DNA of 64,000 nt from the human T2T-CHM13v2.0 reference genome, Homo sapiens (GCF_009914755.1 NC_060931.1); one strand, 5' to 3'; positions 39,558 to 54,391 are shown, counted from the stretch's first letter. Notes: generated by a model not told the origin, from the sequence alone. Translations and numbers: made by a program.

Positions 39558-40376
39558 TATATTAGTTTTCTAGGACTGATGCCACAAAGTGCCACAAACT
39601 GGGTGCCTTAAACAACAGAAGTTTGTCACCTCACAGTTCTGGAGGCCAGAAATTTGAGATCAAGATGACCACAAGTTTCGTTTATTGCTATAGACAAAAT
39701 GTGTCATCCCAAAATTTGCATGTTAAAATCTTAACATTCAATGTGATGATATTAAGAAGTTGGGCTTTGGGAGGTGATTAGGTCTTGAGAGTGAAGCCCT
39801 CATAAATGGGATTAGTGCCCTTATAAAAGAGACCCCAGAGAGTTCCTTCTCCCCTTTTTGCCATGAAAAGACACAGCAAGAAGGCTGCTGTCTGTGCAAC
39901 AGTAAGCATGCCTTCACCAGACACTGAATTTACTAGCAGCTGTAACTTCAACTTCCCAGCCTCCAAAACTGTAAGAAATAAATTTCTATAGTTTGCAAGC
40001 CACCCAGTTTATGGTATCTTTCTACAGCAACATGAATGGACTAAGACATTCCTCCTGAGACTAAGAGAGGATCTGTTCCATGCCTCTCTCCTGGCTCCTG
40101 GTTTGCTGGGAGCCCTTAGAGTTCCTTGATTTGTAGATGCATCACTTCAATCTCTGCCTTTGTGTTCACATGGAATTCTCTCTTTGTGCATGTCTCTGGG
40201 TCCAGATATCCCCTTTTTATAAGGACAGCAGCCATATTGGATTATAGCTCACCCTGAAGGGCTCGTCCTAACTACATTTGCAATGACCTGATTTCCAAAC
40301 AAGGTCATATTTTGAGATATTTGGGATTAGAACTTCAACGTAAAAATTTTTGGAAGACACTATTCAACCCATAACA
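39558..40376 (-). mobile_element. MLT1C-type LTR split by nested MLT1A-type LTR
   Basis: tatattagttttctaggactg...(insert)...gatctgttccatgcctctctcc...attcaacccataaca; TSD gtgct/atgct. Confidence 0.88.
39686..40048 (+). mobile_element. MLT1A0-type LTR nested in MLT1C
   Basis: tgctatagac...atggactaagaca, about 363 bp; degenerate TSD tttat/ttcct. Confidence 0.9.
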
Positions 40377-40459
40377 ATGCTCATTTGTTAAGATAAAACC
40401 AAACAAAAAAGAACATTTTAAAACACAAAGATTATCTTCATAGCCCTCTACAAACTAAA

Positions 40460-40462
<3 letters not shown>

Positions 40463-40512
<50 letters not shown>
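40463..40512. repeat. Pure (AT)25 microsatellite
   Basis: Directly counted. Confidence 0.97.
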
Positions 40513-40515
<3 letters not shown>

Positions 40516-41774
40516 ACATATAATAACATATAAAAGCATAAAAATATATACAGGTTTCTCAGACATACACATTCTCTTAATATTCTGGGCTCTGGACTAA
40601 TATATATATATATATGAGTTTTTTTGAGTGCAAAGAGCTTGGGTGAGCAGAGTGGGAAATGAGATGAAAGAGGTAAAAGGGTCTTGGTTTTAGGAGGATG
40701 GGAAACCACTGAAGGTTTTCCAGTAATTGAAGGTTTTCCAGTAGACATTTGACATCATCGGATTTGTGTTTTTTTATATATATAAATATATATGCTGATT
40801 GCAATGTTAGAACTGATAAAAGCCAGGCTTAAGTGATTGGCAGACTGTGGTAGAAGACAGCTGGGAGCTGGCAGCTGGACTGTGCTGCAGTGGTGGTGGT
40901 GGTTGTTGATAAAAACCATCACCTTCAGTAGCTATGTGTTGGGTAAAATGAACACGATATTGTGATGCAGTGGCTGTGGGAAGAGGGCAGGGGAAACACC
41001 AGGGACGATTCCCACTTTCTTATCCACAATGCCAAGAGAGAAAACACTGGATACAGACCAGTTTTGTGGAGAAAACCATGATTTTATATTTGCAAATATA
41101 ACACTGGAGTTGGATGTGGCTTTGTGAGACTCCAGTGCACATAGCAAGTAGGCAATTGTATGCTTCCATCTGGAGCTCAAGAGGAGGTCTTGATGAGACA
41201 TAAATTTTGAGGTTGTCTATGTACAGTTGATGGAAACCTGGGTGTGGGAAAGTTGTCACCTTCAGAGAGAAAATAGAATGAAACAGGAAGAGTGGCTAAA
41301 AATAATCTTTAAGACACTTCAACATCTAGCTTCTAGGCAGAATAACACACTTCAAACTCAGGAAGCTCTGGACTCAGGAAAGCCAAGAGAAGAGGATGGC
41401 TCAGGAGGGAAGGGGGAGCTGAGTGTTGCTGAGAGGCCCAATAAGATGAGAGCCAAAGGAGCCAGTGAACTTTGTAATATGGAGCTTCTTGGTGCCCTAA
41501 AACTTACTATTTGGTAGAATAATAGGTGGGAAAGCCAGAACAAAGTAGGTTGAAGAGGGACCAGGAAGGACAAAAATGGTGAAAGCAAGAATAGGGTAAA
41601 TAAGCGAACCAGCTAGAAAATATAGGAGGCTGTGATAAGAGTTGGGGATGCTTGAATTAGAGATTTTGGAGCTGGAAAAAAGTGTAATAACAATGACATA
41701 TAGTAAAGATATACAGATGAAGATGGATTAAGCAGCTGAAGTTAAAAAAAGATTATTAAAAACAATAAGCTACA

Positions 41775-42328
<554 letters not shown>

Positions 42329-42750
42329 AATGCAATGAGATACAAAATTAGAAATCATATTCTCAGATGAGTGGCATGCATACTCTAGGATGAGCAGGTC
42401 CTCACCAGACCCAAAGACTCTCAACAGTGAGGAGGGGGTCTGGGAGGTTGGAGATGACAGCAAGATGGAGACTGAGAGGATGATGTGCCGGATGGCATGA
42501 GCCTCACAACTGTGACCTTTATACAAGGGCTTGAGGAGATCAGGCATGACTAGAAACTTAAGCCTCAGTTCCACCCACAAACCTGGACTGCTGGGGATGG
42601 CAGAGAGAGGCAGCCACCCTTTGAAAAGCCTGCAGAGGAAGCAGCAGCGTGGGGAGTGCAGTTAGTACAGAGTGGGAGGGAAGACTTGCAAGGGAGATAT
42701 TTGAGAGAACTCTTAAGATTTTTGGAATGGATTTCAGAAAGCACTGTGGA

Positions 42751-43110
42751 GGCCTGGCACATTGGCACATGCCTGTAATCACAACACTTTGGGAGGCTGA
42801 GGCTGGAGGATCACTTGAGGCCAGGAGTTCAAGACCAGCCTGGGCCACACTGCAAGACCTCCATCTATACATAAAATTTAAAAATTAGCCAGGCATGGTA
42901 GCATGTAACTGTAGTCCCTGCTACTCATGAAACTGAGGTGGGAGGATATGTGGAGCCCAGGATTTCAAGGCTGCAGTGAGCTATGATCATGCCACTGAAC
43001 TCCAGGCTGGACAACAGGCCACTATCCTGTCTCGAAGAAGGAAAGAAGGGAGGGAGGGAGGAAGGGAGGGAAAAAGAGAGAGAGAGAGAGAAGACAAGAC
43101 AAGACAAGAC
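42751..43110 (+). mobile_element. AluJo/Jr with GA-rich/(GACAA)n tail
   Basis: J diagnostics (tcaaggctgcagtgagctatgatc); body to about 43033, then purine-rich tail. Confidence 0.92.
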
Positions 43111-44942
43111 AGTAGAAAGATTTCAAGAGTTGTTGGGCATCAGAGAAGTACAGGGCTGATGATGGGAATAGTGATGCATATGGTAGAGAATGAATACCTG
43201 AATACCTGCAGGTGTGCGCTTTCACTTCAGTATTACACCATGAAAATGGGATTGCAAAGCATGTAAACATCAGCACTGGTACTGCAGATGGCTGGAGAAT
43301 GCATCCCACTCAGCTGGGGTGGATGTGGTCCCAGGAGTCCCAGGCAATTTGGTATGATGTGGGTGCTTCAGTATCAGCCAGGTACAGCTCACAGGATACG
43401 TCTAAAGGAGCAACTGAATTTTTCAGACAGATTTGTAGACCCAATTTTGTAAATATCACTTTCATGGAAAAGTGGGGAGAGGTGACACAAAGTCAAATCA
43501 AATATTAATTCTGTTTGAAGCGATTCCAAAATAGTCATTGTATACCACATGGTTAGAATCATTAATTAATGGCTTAAATTATTCATTATTTTTAGCTGTT
43601 TTTGTATTCTGTAGTTATAGCCTAGAGCTGTACTTTAACAAAAAGCAACAATATTTACCTATGTGAAGTAGTTATGAGTATGAGGAGGCAATTTTTTAAG
43701 GTGCTTAGAAAACAGGTTTGTAAAATAGCAGACTTTTAACAAGCAAAGAAAATCAGTGCTGAGAAAGCTAGTTAGTAACATCTCATTAGTAAGACTTTTT
43801 TCATTTTATAATAATTAATTAGGCAGCCACATTAGGCAATAATGAGAGCTAGTAATCACTTTTTTATTATGGAAATTAGACTGGACTCATTTTAAAACAA
43901 CACTTAATGCATATGCTGTAATGAATATGGAAAAGTATAAGTTGCTTAAGCAAAATGTATAAGATTTTGTACTCCTCCCACAAAAATAAGTGACTAAAGA
44001 TGGGTTGAAAAGCAGAGTTACTTTTCTCAACTTGTGGATTGTGGAAGTACATTCTCTTTGTATTCTTGAAGGACTGAGTTTATAAGGTGGACTGATTTTG
44101 TATTCTTTGGGATAGTATTATTCTGGACAGGATGCATTTCATTTTCTTAATCCTTTGCCACTAGAAATGCAACAGAGGTTATTAACTCTTGTTATTTGTG
44201 CAGAATCTTGGATCACTTAAATTATTTGCTGCATATTTAAGAGACTCACAACTAAATGTAGAGTTTTAAACATCTACTGGAGTATAGATTGCTCTCAAGT
44301 TGTCAATTTGATGAATCCTAAACTGTCCTAGTCAAATTTTGCACTCCTCTGAAGACCTTAAAGAGGTAACTTTTGTAAGAAGCAGAATGTATAACTTTAC
44401 CTTCTGAGAAATTAGACAATTGCAATATGACCTTTTCAGGCATAGTGGGGTGTGGCTTGAATGCTTGAATGTTTGTTCTTACCACTTATTTTCCAGATAA
44501 GCTAACAAATACTTAGAGAAATCAAGATGCTCAACCAGAGTCCCACACAGAGACCATACTTCAGTGATGTTTATGCTCTTTGTTGCTCAAAGTCATGCCA
44601 GAATATCTTCACTGTTAATGGCACTGTAGGTCCTTATCTTCATTCCCTAGGCCTTACATACCTTCTATATGCAAATGACATCAAAATTTATCTCTCACAC
44701 CATCCTCTTTCCTGAGCTGAAGACTTGTATTTTCAACTTGCTATTTAATAGCTCCCTTCAGAAACCTCATCAGCATCTCGATACTGGCATGGCCTGACCT
44801 GCCTCCAACCCCCCTCATCATCTTGGTGGATGCAGCGGTGACGCAGCCAGTTGCTGATGCAAAAAATCCCAAAAATCCCAGGAACCTCTTTCCTTTCTCT
44901 TACTCCCACACCTCATGGAGACCCTCATGAATCATCCAGTAG

Positions 44943-45500
<558 letters not shown>

Positions 45501-45609
45501 TGAAACTGTGACTCCTCCCCAGTCTTACCCATGACTCCTCTGCTTTGCCCAGACATCCAGCCACACAGGTGAATGTACTGACAGCTTCCAAGCTCTTACC
45601 TTTGCCCCT

Positions 45610-46144
45610 TGTGATGGTTAATATTGAGTGTCAACTTGATTGGATTGAAGTATGCAAAGTATTGCTTCTGGGTGTTTCTAGAAGAGATTAACATTTGAGT
45701 CAGTGGACTGGGAGCGAAAGTCTCCCAGTGTGTGGGCACCATCTATTGGCTGCTAGCAGGGCAAGAAAAAGCAGGCGGAAGGAGGTGGAAGGTGTTGACT
45801 TGCTGAGTCTTCTGGTCTTCATCTTTCTCCCATGCTGGATGCTTCCTGCCCTTGAACATCAGATTCCAAGTTCTTCACCTTTGCACTCTTGGACTTACAT
45901 CAGCAGTTTGCCAGGCTCTCGGGCCTTTAGCCACAAACCGAAGGCTGTTCTGTCGGCTTTCCTACTTTTGAAGTCTGGGACTGGGACTGAGCCACTATTG
46001 GCTTCCTTGCTCCTCAGCTTGCAGACAGCCTATTGTGGGACTTCACCTTGTGATTGTGTGAGTCAATACTCCTTAATAAACTCTTTTTCATATATACATA
46101 TATCCTATTAGTTCTGTCCCTCTAGAGAACCCTGACCTACTATA
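45610..46144 (+). mobile_element. MLT2A (MLT2A2-like) HERV-L solo LTR
   Basis: tgtgatggttaatattgagtgtcaacttgattggattgaag...tattagttctgtccctctagagaaccctgac; about 535 bp; TSD cccct/ccctt. Confidence 0.92.
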
Positions 46145-48231
46145 CCCTTATTTCTGCCTAGAAGGTTCTTTCCCCAAATCTTTAGTTGTCATGTCTGTTT
46201 ATCATCCAGCTTCCCGCTTAAATGTCACCTACTAGGTAGAGCCTTCCTCAACTGTCCTGTGTCAGAAAGTCCACCACCCACCCCAGCACCCCTCCAGCCC
46301 TGCTCACTTTCTTCAACATATATATCACTATCCGAAAGTATTGATTCATTTCCCTATTTATTTTCTGTCTTTCTTTCCAAAATGTGGGCAGGAGGAGCTT
46401 GGCTTTGCTTACTACTGTCTCCTTAATGCCTGCATAGAGGAACAGAGTTCAGTAAGTATTTGTCGAATGAAGAATAGTGATACACTTCTTCCTATAATTT
46501 GATTTTTAACCTCTGGAGATTATCAATTGGCTCACCTCCCTGCTAAAAGGAAACCTGATTTATTGTAATAACCCTACGTTCTCTACGCTACTCTATCCCC
46601 AAAACTCTGCTAATCATATTATTTCCATGTTGTTATAATTAATGTTACTTTTATCCCATTTTATAACTTGAATTTCACAGTTGTTTAGATGCTATTCTAT
46701 GTTTGCATGGATTCAATATTCGCCATCATTTCTCTACTGTGTCTTCCTTATCCATCTCATGGTTGACTGTAGTTTACTATTTAATAACTTTTTAAAGAAA
46801 TGCTCGTGAGAGTTAAAGTCCGAGAACACTTGTTTGTTGGGAAATATAAACCCTCCACCTATGTGGCAGTTTTTATGGGCATGGTCATTATTGGATCATA
46901 ACTTCCACCTCTGAGCATTTTGCAGACGTTCCACATCTCCTAGGACTGATCTCTGGATACCCACAGAAATATTTGCTCTTCTTTTTCGATAAATTTCCTG
47001 TAATATTCTCATTTTTACCAAAGCCTACAAGTATTCCTTGGAAGTTTCTACTTTCAGCAAATTCAGTTCTCTCTTGTAAAGTTACTTTTCTATTACATTA
47101 TTATTTTTAAAATGTCATCTGTTATTTCTAGTTGCACGTTTTGTCTTTCATTATTTTTGTCTCTTTACTAATATTAATCAACTTTTTGTCCTTTTCCATT
47201 TTATTTTGTTCATTTTTTTCTCATTTGTCCTAGATGCCTCTGATGACATTTTCAGTAAAGCCAGTTTCTCCTCTTGCTGATTTTCATTTCTGTGTTGATT
47301 TTTTCCCTTCCATTTCTTTCCAAAATCTATCAGCTCACTTTTCAACTACCTCCATTGTCCTATAATATCTTACCTGGGAGCTTCTAGACCTTCTTTGGGC
47401 TCCTGTTACTTACATGACATATAGTCATACATTTTATCTGATTTGTCATACCTCTTGCTTGATATATATAGTCTTTCTCTGGCCTTCTGTTTGCTGTCTC
47501 TCTCTCTCTTTTTTTTTTTTTTTTTCATTTAGGTAGTATCTTTGCATAGGTCTCATGCTTTCTTTTTGGTATTTACTCATCACTGAATAAGGGAACTAAT
47601 TCGGTTATGAAGATAAAAACCAGCTATTTGCACTAGGAGAGTATAAGGAAGGGACAAGGATAGTAACCCAGGACAATGCAACACAGTTTGCACTGTACTC
47701 TGATGTCTTCAGCATACTCATGCATCCTCTGCCCCAGACATAAATGTGCCCTCAGCTAGCAGGAAAACTCCCTGTGAAGCTGTGAGATGCCCATTGTGGG
47801 TTTCCTCTGTACTCATTGAGCTCTTACTTCTCTTCAGTTGGCAAAAAGAGGTAACTTCAGGAACATGCGCCATACACATGTTCTTCTCTACGTGGCCACA
47901 TGGACAAGTCAGGCTTCAGCGAAAGGACACGGATGTCATTTCCTCATCAAGTCTCCTCTTCCCCACTGCTCCGTGTTGCCTGCCATTCCGGGCATAGAGC
48001 GGCTTGGCCCAGAAACCACACAAATGGGCCTTGTTGTTCCAAGGTGGGTCTCCTAGTGTTTCCCCTAAGGGCACCACCTAATTAGAAGCATTCTTTGCTT
48101 GGTCAGCTCTGCCTAAGTTCTACAGGGGATGTGGTCCTCTCTCTGTGCCCCTTCACCTGCAGCCTTGCTCTCAGAATCTTTCTCCACGTATTATAGTATA
48201 TTATTCAGGCATTTCCAAATAAAGACAGAGT

Positions 48232-51200
48232 TTCTTTTTTAATAACAACTTTATGAAGATACAATTCACCACTGTTAATTATACCATTTAATGCTGTTAG
48301 TATAGTCACGGTGTTGTGCAACTATCACCACAATCAATTTTAGAATCGTTTCAGTAACCGAAAAGAAACCCCATACCCATGAATAACCATTTTCTATCTC
48401 CGCCAACTTCTCAGCCCTAAGCAACCACTAACCTACTTTCTGTATCTATGGATTTACCTATCTTAGACTTTGCATATAAATGGAATCATTGCAATATGTG
48501 GCATTTTGTGTCTTGCTTCTTTCACTTAGCATAATGTTTTTGAAGTCAATCCACGTTGTAGTGTGTGTGTGTGTGTGTATATATATATATCTTAGTACTT
48601 CATTCCTTTTATTGCTGAATAATATATCTCATTGTATGACTATGCCACGTTTTATTTATAATTTATCAACTGAAGGACAATTGAGTTTACATTTTTGCCT
48701 GTTATTAATAATGCTTCTATGACCATTCATCTACAAGTATTTCTGTAGATATATGCTTTTAATTTTCTTCATATATATTGATGAGTTGAATTGCTGGGCT
48801 ATATTGTAACAGTATGTGTAGCCTTTGAGGAACTGCCAGACTGTTTTTCAAAGCAGCTGCACCATTTTACATCCCCATCAACAGTGTATAAAGGTTTCCA
48901 TTTCCTCATATTCTTGGCAACATATGTTATTGTCCATCTTTTTTATTATGGCCATCCTACTCCAGGTGAAGTAATAATTCAGGGTTTTGATGTTAATTTC
49001 CCTGATGACTAATGATGGGCATCTTTTCATGTGTTTATCGGCCATTTGTTTATCTTACTTGGAGCAAGTCTTATTTTGATTTTTTGCCCACATTTTAATT
49101 GAATTATTAATCTTCTTTATTAATGAGTTGTAAGAGTTATTTACATATTCTGGTTTTATCAGGTATATGGTTTTCAAAAAATTTATCATCTGTGTGTTGT
49201 CTTTTTACATTATTAACAGTATCTTTTGACGCCCAAATATTTTAATTTTGATAATATTCAATTTATTTATTTTCTTACTTTGTTGCTTGTGCTTAAGTAT
49301 CATATCTAAGAAACCATTTCTAATTCAAAGACATGAAGACTTACTACACCTATGTTTTCATCTAAGAATTTAATAGTTTTAGCAGTTATGTTCATGTCTT
49401 TAATCCACTTGAATTAATTTTGTATATGGTGTGAGATAGGGGTCAAACTTTATACTTTTGCATGTGTATACCAGGTGTAGCAGCTTCATTTATTGAAAAA
49501 TACTGCTTTTTCCCCATTGAATTGTTTGGCACTCTGGCTGAAAATCAGTTGACCATAACTCTGAGAGTATATTTCTATTTAATTGATCTATATATCTATT
49601 TTTATGCCAATACCACACTGCCTTGATTACTATAGCTTTGCAGTTTTTGAAATTGGAAAGTGTGAGTCCTCCAACTGTGTTTTTCTATTTTAAGATGCTT
49701 TTGGCTGTTCTGAGTCCCTTGAATTTTCACATGAAATTTAAGATCAGCTTGTCAATTTCTACAAAGAAATCAGGTGGGGATTTAATACAGGTTGCATTAA
49801 ATCAGACCTCAAGTTAGGGAGAAGTCCCATATAAACAATATTAAGTCTTTTGATCTATGAATATGTGATGTGTTTTCATTCATTCAGATTTTTGCTTTCT
49901 TTCAACAATGTTTGACAGTTTTTAAAGTATAGGTTTGTGCCCTTTTTGCTATATTTAGTCCTCAGTATTTTATTATTTTTGATGCTGTTGTAAATGGAAT
50001 TTTCTCTTAGTTTTATATTTAGATTATTTATTGCAAGTGTATACAAATAAAATTGGTTATTCTATATGGATCTTTTATTCTGCAACTTTGCTAATTTTTA
50101 GTTATAATAGTTTTTAGTGGATTCCTTATGATGTTTTATATACAAGATCCTGTTATCTTTAGATAAATAATTTTAATTCTTCTTTTATAATCTGGATGTA
50201 TTTAATTTATTTTTCTTGCCTAATTGCCATGACTAGAACCTCCTATAAAATTTTAAATTGAAGTGATAAGCACATACATCCTTGTCTTGTTCCTGATTTT
50301 AGGGGGAAGGTATTCAGTCTTTCACCATTAAGTATGATATTAGCTGTGGTTATTTTCTAGGTGTCCTTCACCAGGATGAAGACATTTCCTTCTATTTCTA
50401 ACTTGTTGAGTGTTTCTATCATTAAAGGGTGTTGAATTTAGTCAAATGCTTTTTCTGTATTTATTGAGATGTTCATATGGTTTTAGTTCTATTCCATGAA
50501 TATGGTATATTAGAGTCACCGGTTTTCAGATGTTAAACCAATCTTATACATTCATTTTATTCATGAGATATGATCCTTTTCATATATTCCTGGGTTTGAT
50601 TTGCTAGCATTTCATTGAAGTTTTTTATACCACAATTCATAAGAGATTTCAGTATGATTTTTTTCTGGTGATGTCTTTTTCTCGTTTCAGCATGAGGGTA
50701 ATAATAGCCTCATAGAATGAATAGGGATACCTCCTTTTCTATGTTACGAGTTTGTTTTGCAGAAATCACCAGTGAAGCTTGTACTTTTCTTTATGGGTAG
50801 TTTTTTTTTAAAAAAAAATTAATTCAATCTTATTTGTTAAAGGCTGTTAATATATTCTATTTCTTTCTGGGTCAGTTTTGGTAGTTTGTATTTTTTTAGG
50901 AATTTGTCCTTTGCATCTTGTTTAATTTGTTGGCATATATTAGTTCATAGTTTCCCTTATCATCTTTTTTATTTCTGTAAAGTTCGTAGTAATACCCCAT
51001 ATTTCATTTTTGATTTTAGTAGTTTGAGTCTTTTCCATTTTGTTTTCTTGGTGAGTCTAGTTCACAGTTTGTCCATTTTATTGATCTTTTCAAAGAATTA
51101 GTTTTGATTATGTTAACTATCTCTGTTATTTTCTATAATTTATTTTGTATATCTCCACTCTAGCTTTTATTATTTTCTTCCCTATTCTTGCCTAGCATTT

Positions 51201-51520
51201 AGTTTGCTCCTCTTTTTTTAATGACTTCAGATGCTGTTTGCATGACATGTGTTTTTCCATCCTGTCACTTTCAATCTATCTGGTTTCTTTGAATCTAAAG
51301 TGTATCTCCTGTAAACAGCAAATAGTTGAATCTTGTTTTTTATTTTATCCAGTCTCACAATTTCTGCCTTTTAATTAGATTGTTTAATCTATTCACTTTT
51401 AATGTTTTTATTGACATATTTGTACTTATATTTGCCATTTTACTTTTTGTTTCCTATGTCTCATGTCTTTTGTTTCTCAATTGTTTTATTACTGCTTTCA
51501 CTGCATTAACTAAATATTTT
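48232..51520 (-). mobile_element. L1MB7/8-like element, about 3.3 kb, degraded ORF2 plus 3' UTR
   Basis: 3' end ttgtgcaactatcaccacaatcaattttagaat...aaaagaaaccccataccc; continuous antisense ORF2-like sequence (catccttgtcttgttcctgattttagggggaagg). Confidence 0.9.
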
Positions 51521-51744
51521 CTCCTGTTTGTCTTTTCATTTCTAATTTTATTTGTCAGCTTTCGTTGGTTTCAGGTGTTCAGGTGGTAAGGAGAAGCAGA
51601 GAAGACATTGCTCTTCCATTTTAAATTAGAAGTTATCTGTCTAAGGTCTTCAAGGGCAAATATTTCATAATACTTTTCTACCCCCATAGTAGATATGTGT
51701 GAGGTTCATCACAAATCCTCCTCTCCCAAACATCTTTTCAGTTT

Positions 51745-51930
51745 GGTTCAGTGACTGAGTCATTAGGTGCTAGTAAAGAAATCTGGGTTTTAATTCTAGC
51801 TCTGTTATTAACTAGTTGAATGATCATGGAATATTCATATAACCTCTCTTGGACTTATTTTCTGACATATAAAATGAGAGGGTTGAATTTGATTTTATTT
51901 AATTTCCCTTTTAGCACTGATATGCTAAAT
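51745..51930 (+). mobile_element. MIR/MIR3 fragment
   Basis: atctgggttttaattctagctctgttattaactag...aacctctcttggac...taaaatgagagggttg. Confidence 0.7.
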
Positions 51931-53569
51931 TTCCAGTAATACTGTGATCATATGGATCTAAATACATAAGCACATAAGCCAGGCAGAGTTAGGCATTTTG
52001 CTTCTTGCAATAGGCAATCTTATCTACAACTGATTTTGAAGCATAGGATTTAACTAGATCCACAATATAGTAAAATAATTATTTGGCCCAAACTACTCAC
52101 TGGCCAGTAGCCCACAGATTATCCCCTTATGTGTAAGAGACCATGATTTGAGAATAGAAGGAAATACAGACTTTGAAGTGATTACAAATATAAGCTAGTC
52201 CAAGATGCCTCATGAGAATAAAAGCTTTATGTGGAGTCCTATATCTATGTCCAATAATTTGTTTAAAGGTATTTTGTTAGCAAATCCATTATCCATTGAC
52301 TGTCTACAGTGTGCATACCTCTCAAGAGTGGCTTATGTACTATAACAAAAACACAGGAGACCCGCTCTAATTGGCCTCATTTTAAAATGAAAGGGAGAAT
52401 AAACACAGTGGCACCTTTAATTATTAATGACAATTGAAGGAAGCCTTAGCACAAATAATCCCAAAGACATTTCTATTTGGCTTGGAATTTTAATATTGTT
52501 TTTGACAGATCTATTTACCTAATTATATTTTATCTAGGATAGTGTTTAAATGAGGTTCTGTTTGCTAAGCACTTACCAACAGAGCAGTAGAAGACATGGC
52601 TACAAAGTGTATTGCTTATAGCAGGAAGCTGGTCCAGGATTTATAAAAAAAAAAAACATAAAACATGTTTTGTGAATTATCCATAACAAGGAATACCCTC
52701 ATGCAGATAATCAACAATTGAATACGCATAAAACACAGATGACAAAAAAACAAGGAAGCTTCTCTATAACCAAGCACAGCTGGGCAAGGATGCACAGAGA
52801 TGCTGCAGGGGATTCATGGGGTGACTGGAGTCGAGACAATTAGTCTGTAAAAGCTTCGTGCTGATGCCCTCCTGCAGCACATTTCCTTAACATCTTTAAA
52901 AATGCACCAGTCCAGCTGTTTCATGGAGCATCTCAGGCTTTTAAGACCTCCCTTTTTTTGTCTCATTCATTCTCTTTATTACCATTAACAAAGAGTGGAT
53001 CTTAGACAGCTGAATGTTCTACTTACTTAATGATCAAGATTGTGGAGATAGTTTCAATAATCTAATGGATAAAGAATCCAGAAATATCTTAAAGTTTGTG
53101 TTTTCAGGCTTATTCTCTGAGTGTCAGTCCCTCTCAACTAGTTCTTACTTAGTCCCACCCTGATACCATGCTGTCAAATTACTTGCTATTAACTTACAAA
53201 TCACATTCTCCTGTTATAATTCTCGTTGAGGGAACATCAGTGTCCCCCCTAATTTCACCTACATGGTTACCTTTGTAAAAAAAACTATCTGAGACACCTG
53301 TGCTTATTCATGATACTGTATTATATTGAATGGTTTTAGACTTTAGTCTTCCTTTAGAAAAAATTCTCAACTTAACTTTGTTTCATGAATACCTGTTTAC
53401 TTCTATATGTTGCATTTTAGATTCCCTTCAGACCAACTAAATATGTTCTTATTGACCATCAATGAAAAAAAAAGGTATCTAAAAATGGGAAGTATTTAAG
53501 ACTTGTACTCAGTCAAACCCTACGTTTGAGGGTTTTTAAGCTGTTTGATAACAACCATCCTCTGCCAGC

Positions 53570-53810
53570 ATCCCCCCAATATGTTTCATAAAATATTACT
53601 TACATGGAATTTTAACAGATATTTTGTCAAAATAAGTTTTAGAAACACAAAGTAAAATAATTTTTTTTTACACTTTAGGACTCTTGGAGCTCTGGATAGT
53701 ATAATGTGCCTTATGAATCTTGAATAGAGGAATGTAATGTAATGCAATCTCCCAACATTTTTAATGCATATCTATTCTGAGAAATATCTTTTGTGTGATG
53801 TTCCAGCATA
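53570..53810. mobile_element. Old hAT-Charlie-type fragment
   Basis: gtcaaaataagttttagaaacac...ggactcttggagc...aatgtgccttatgaatcttg resembles Charlie4/MER112-class sequence; family uncertain. Confidence 0.45.
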
Positions 53811-54391
53811 AATTACTAAAGGTGAAGAGATACATATTTGAGCTATAAAGACTAGATCTTTTTTTCCTACTTTCATTCCCAAATAATACAAAAACTATTC
53901 ATCAAAATGTTAACACTAAAACAAATAGATTAAAAATTTCAACATAAACTGAAGAATATGGTAATGACACCAAGAAGTTATTTAAATCTTCAGTATCAAT
54001 AATTACCCTTCAAATAACACTATGTTGCTACTCTGAGTACTTTTATATTCGTGTCTCTATCGTGGTAATACAGCCGTAACTTGTCTTCCCACTTAGACCG
54101 AAGAAAATTAAACTAAAAATGCGTTAGTAGGGCATATAGATAATGAATAATGTGCTCCTTTAGAAAATATTAACCATACTTCTGCCAAATACATTGTTGT
54201 CACAGTGCACGGAGAACTTCATTTCACAAGGCTTTTTGCAAGATTGATGGTGTAACTTGAGTAGGTTTGGCAAAAGGAGCATGCAAATTTCAGCAATATA
54301 ATTACATCATTTTCCCTTATGGATACCACCCAACCAAGAAATAGATCCAATAGTCAGATGAGAAATTAAATACAGTACCAGCTTTATTAGT

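Noticed and set aside
40710-40743. 16-bp duplication tgaaggttttccagta and other 8-12 bp duplications (5442, 31317, 43192, 44862)
   Set aside because: Ordinary slippage micro-duplications with no further structure.
43270-43401. Minus-strand peptide TYPVSCTWLIL resembling a CUB-domain motif
   Set aside because: Similarity is limited to a few residues, the frame stops after 43 codons and no other CUB features follow.
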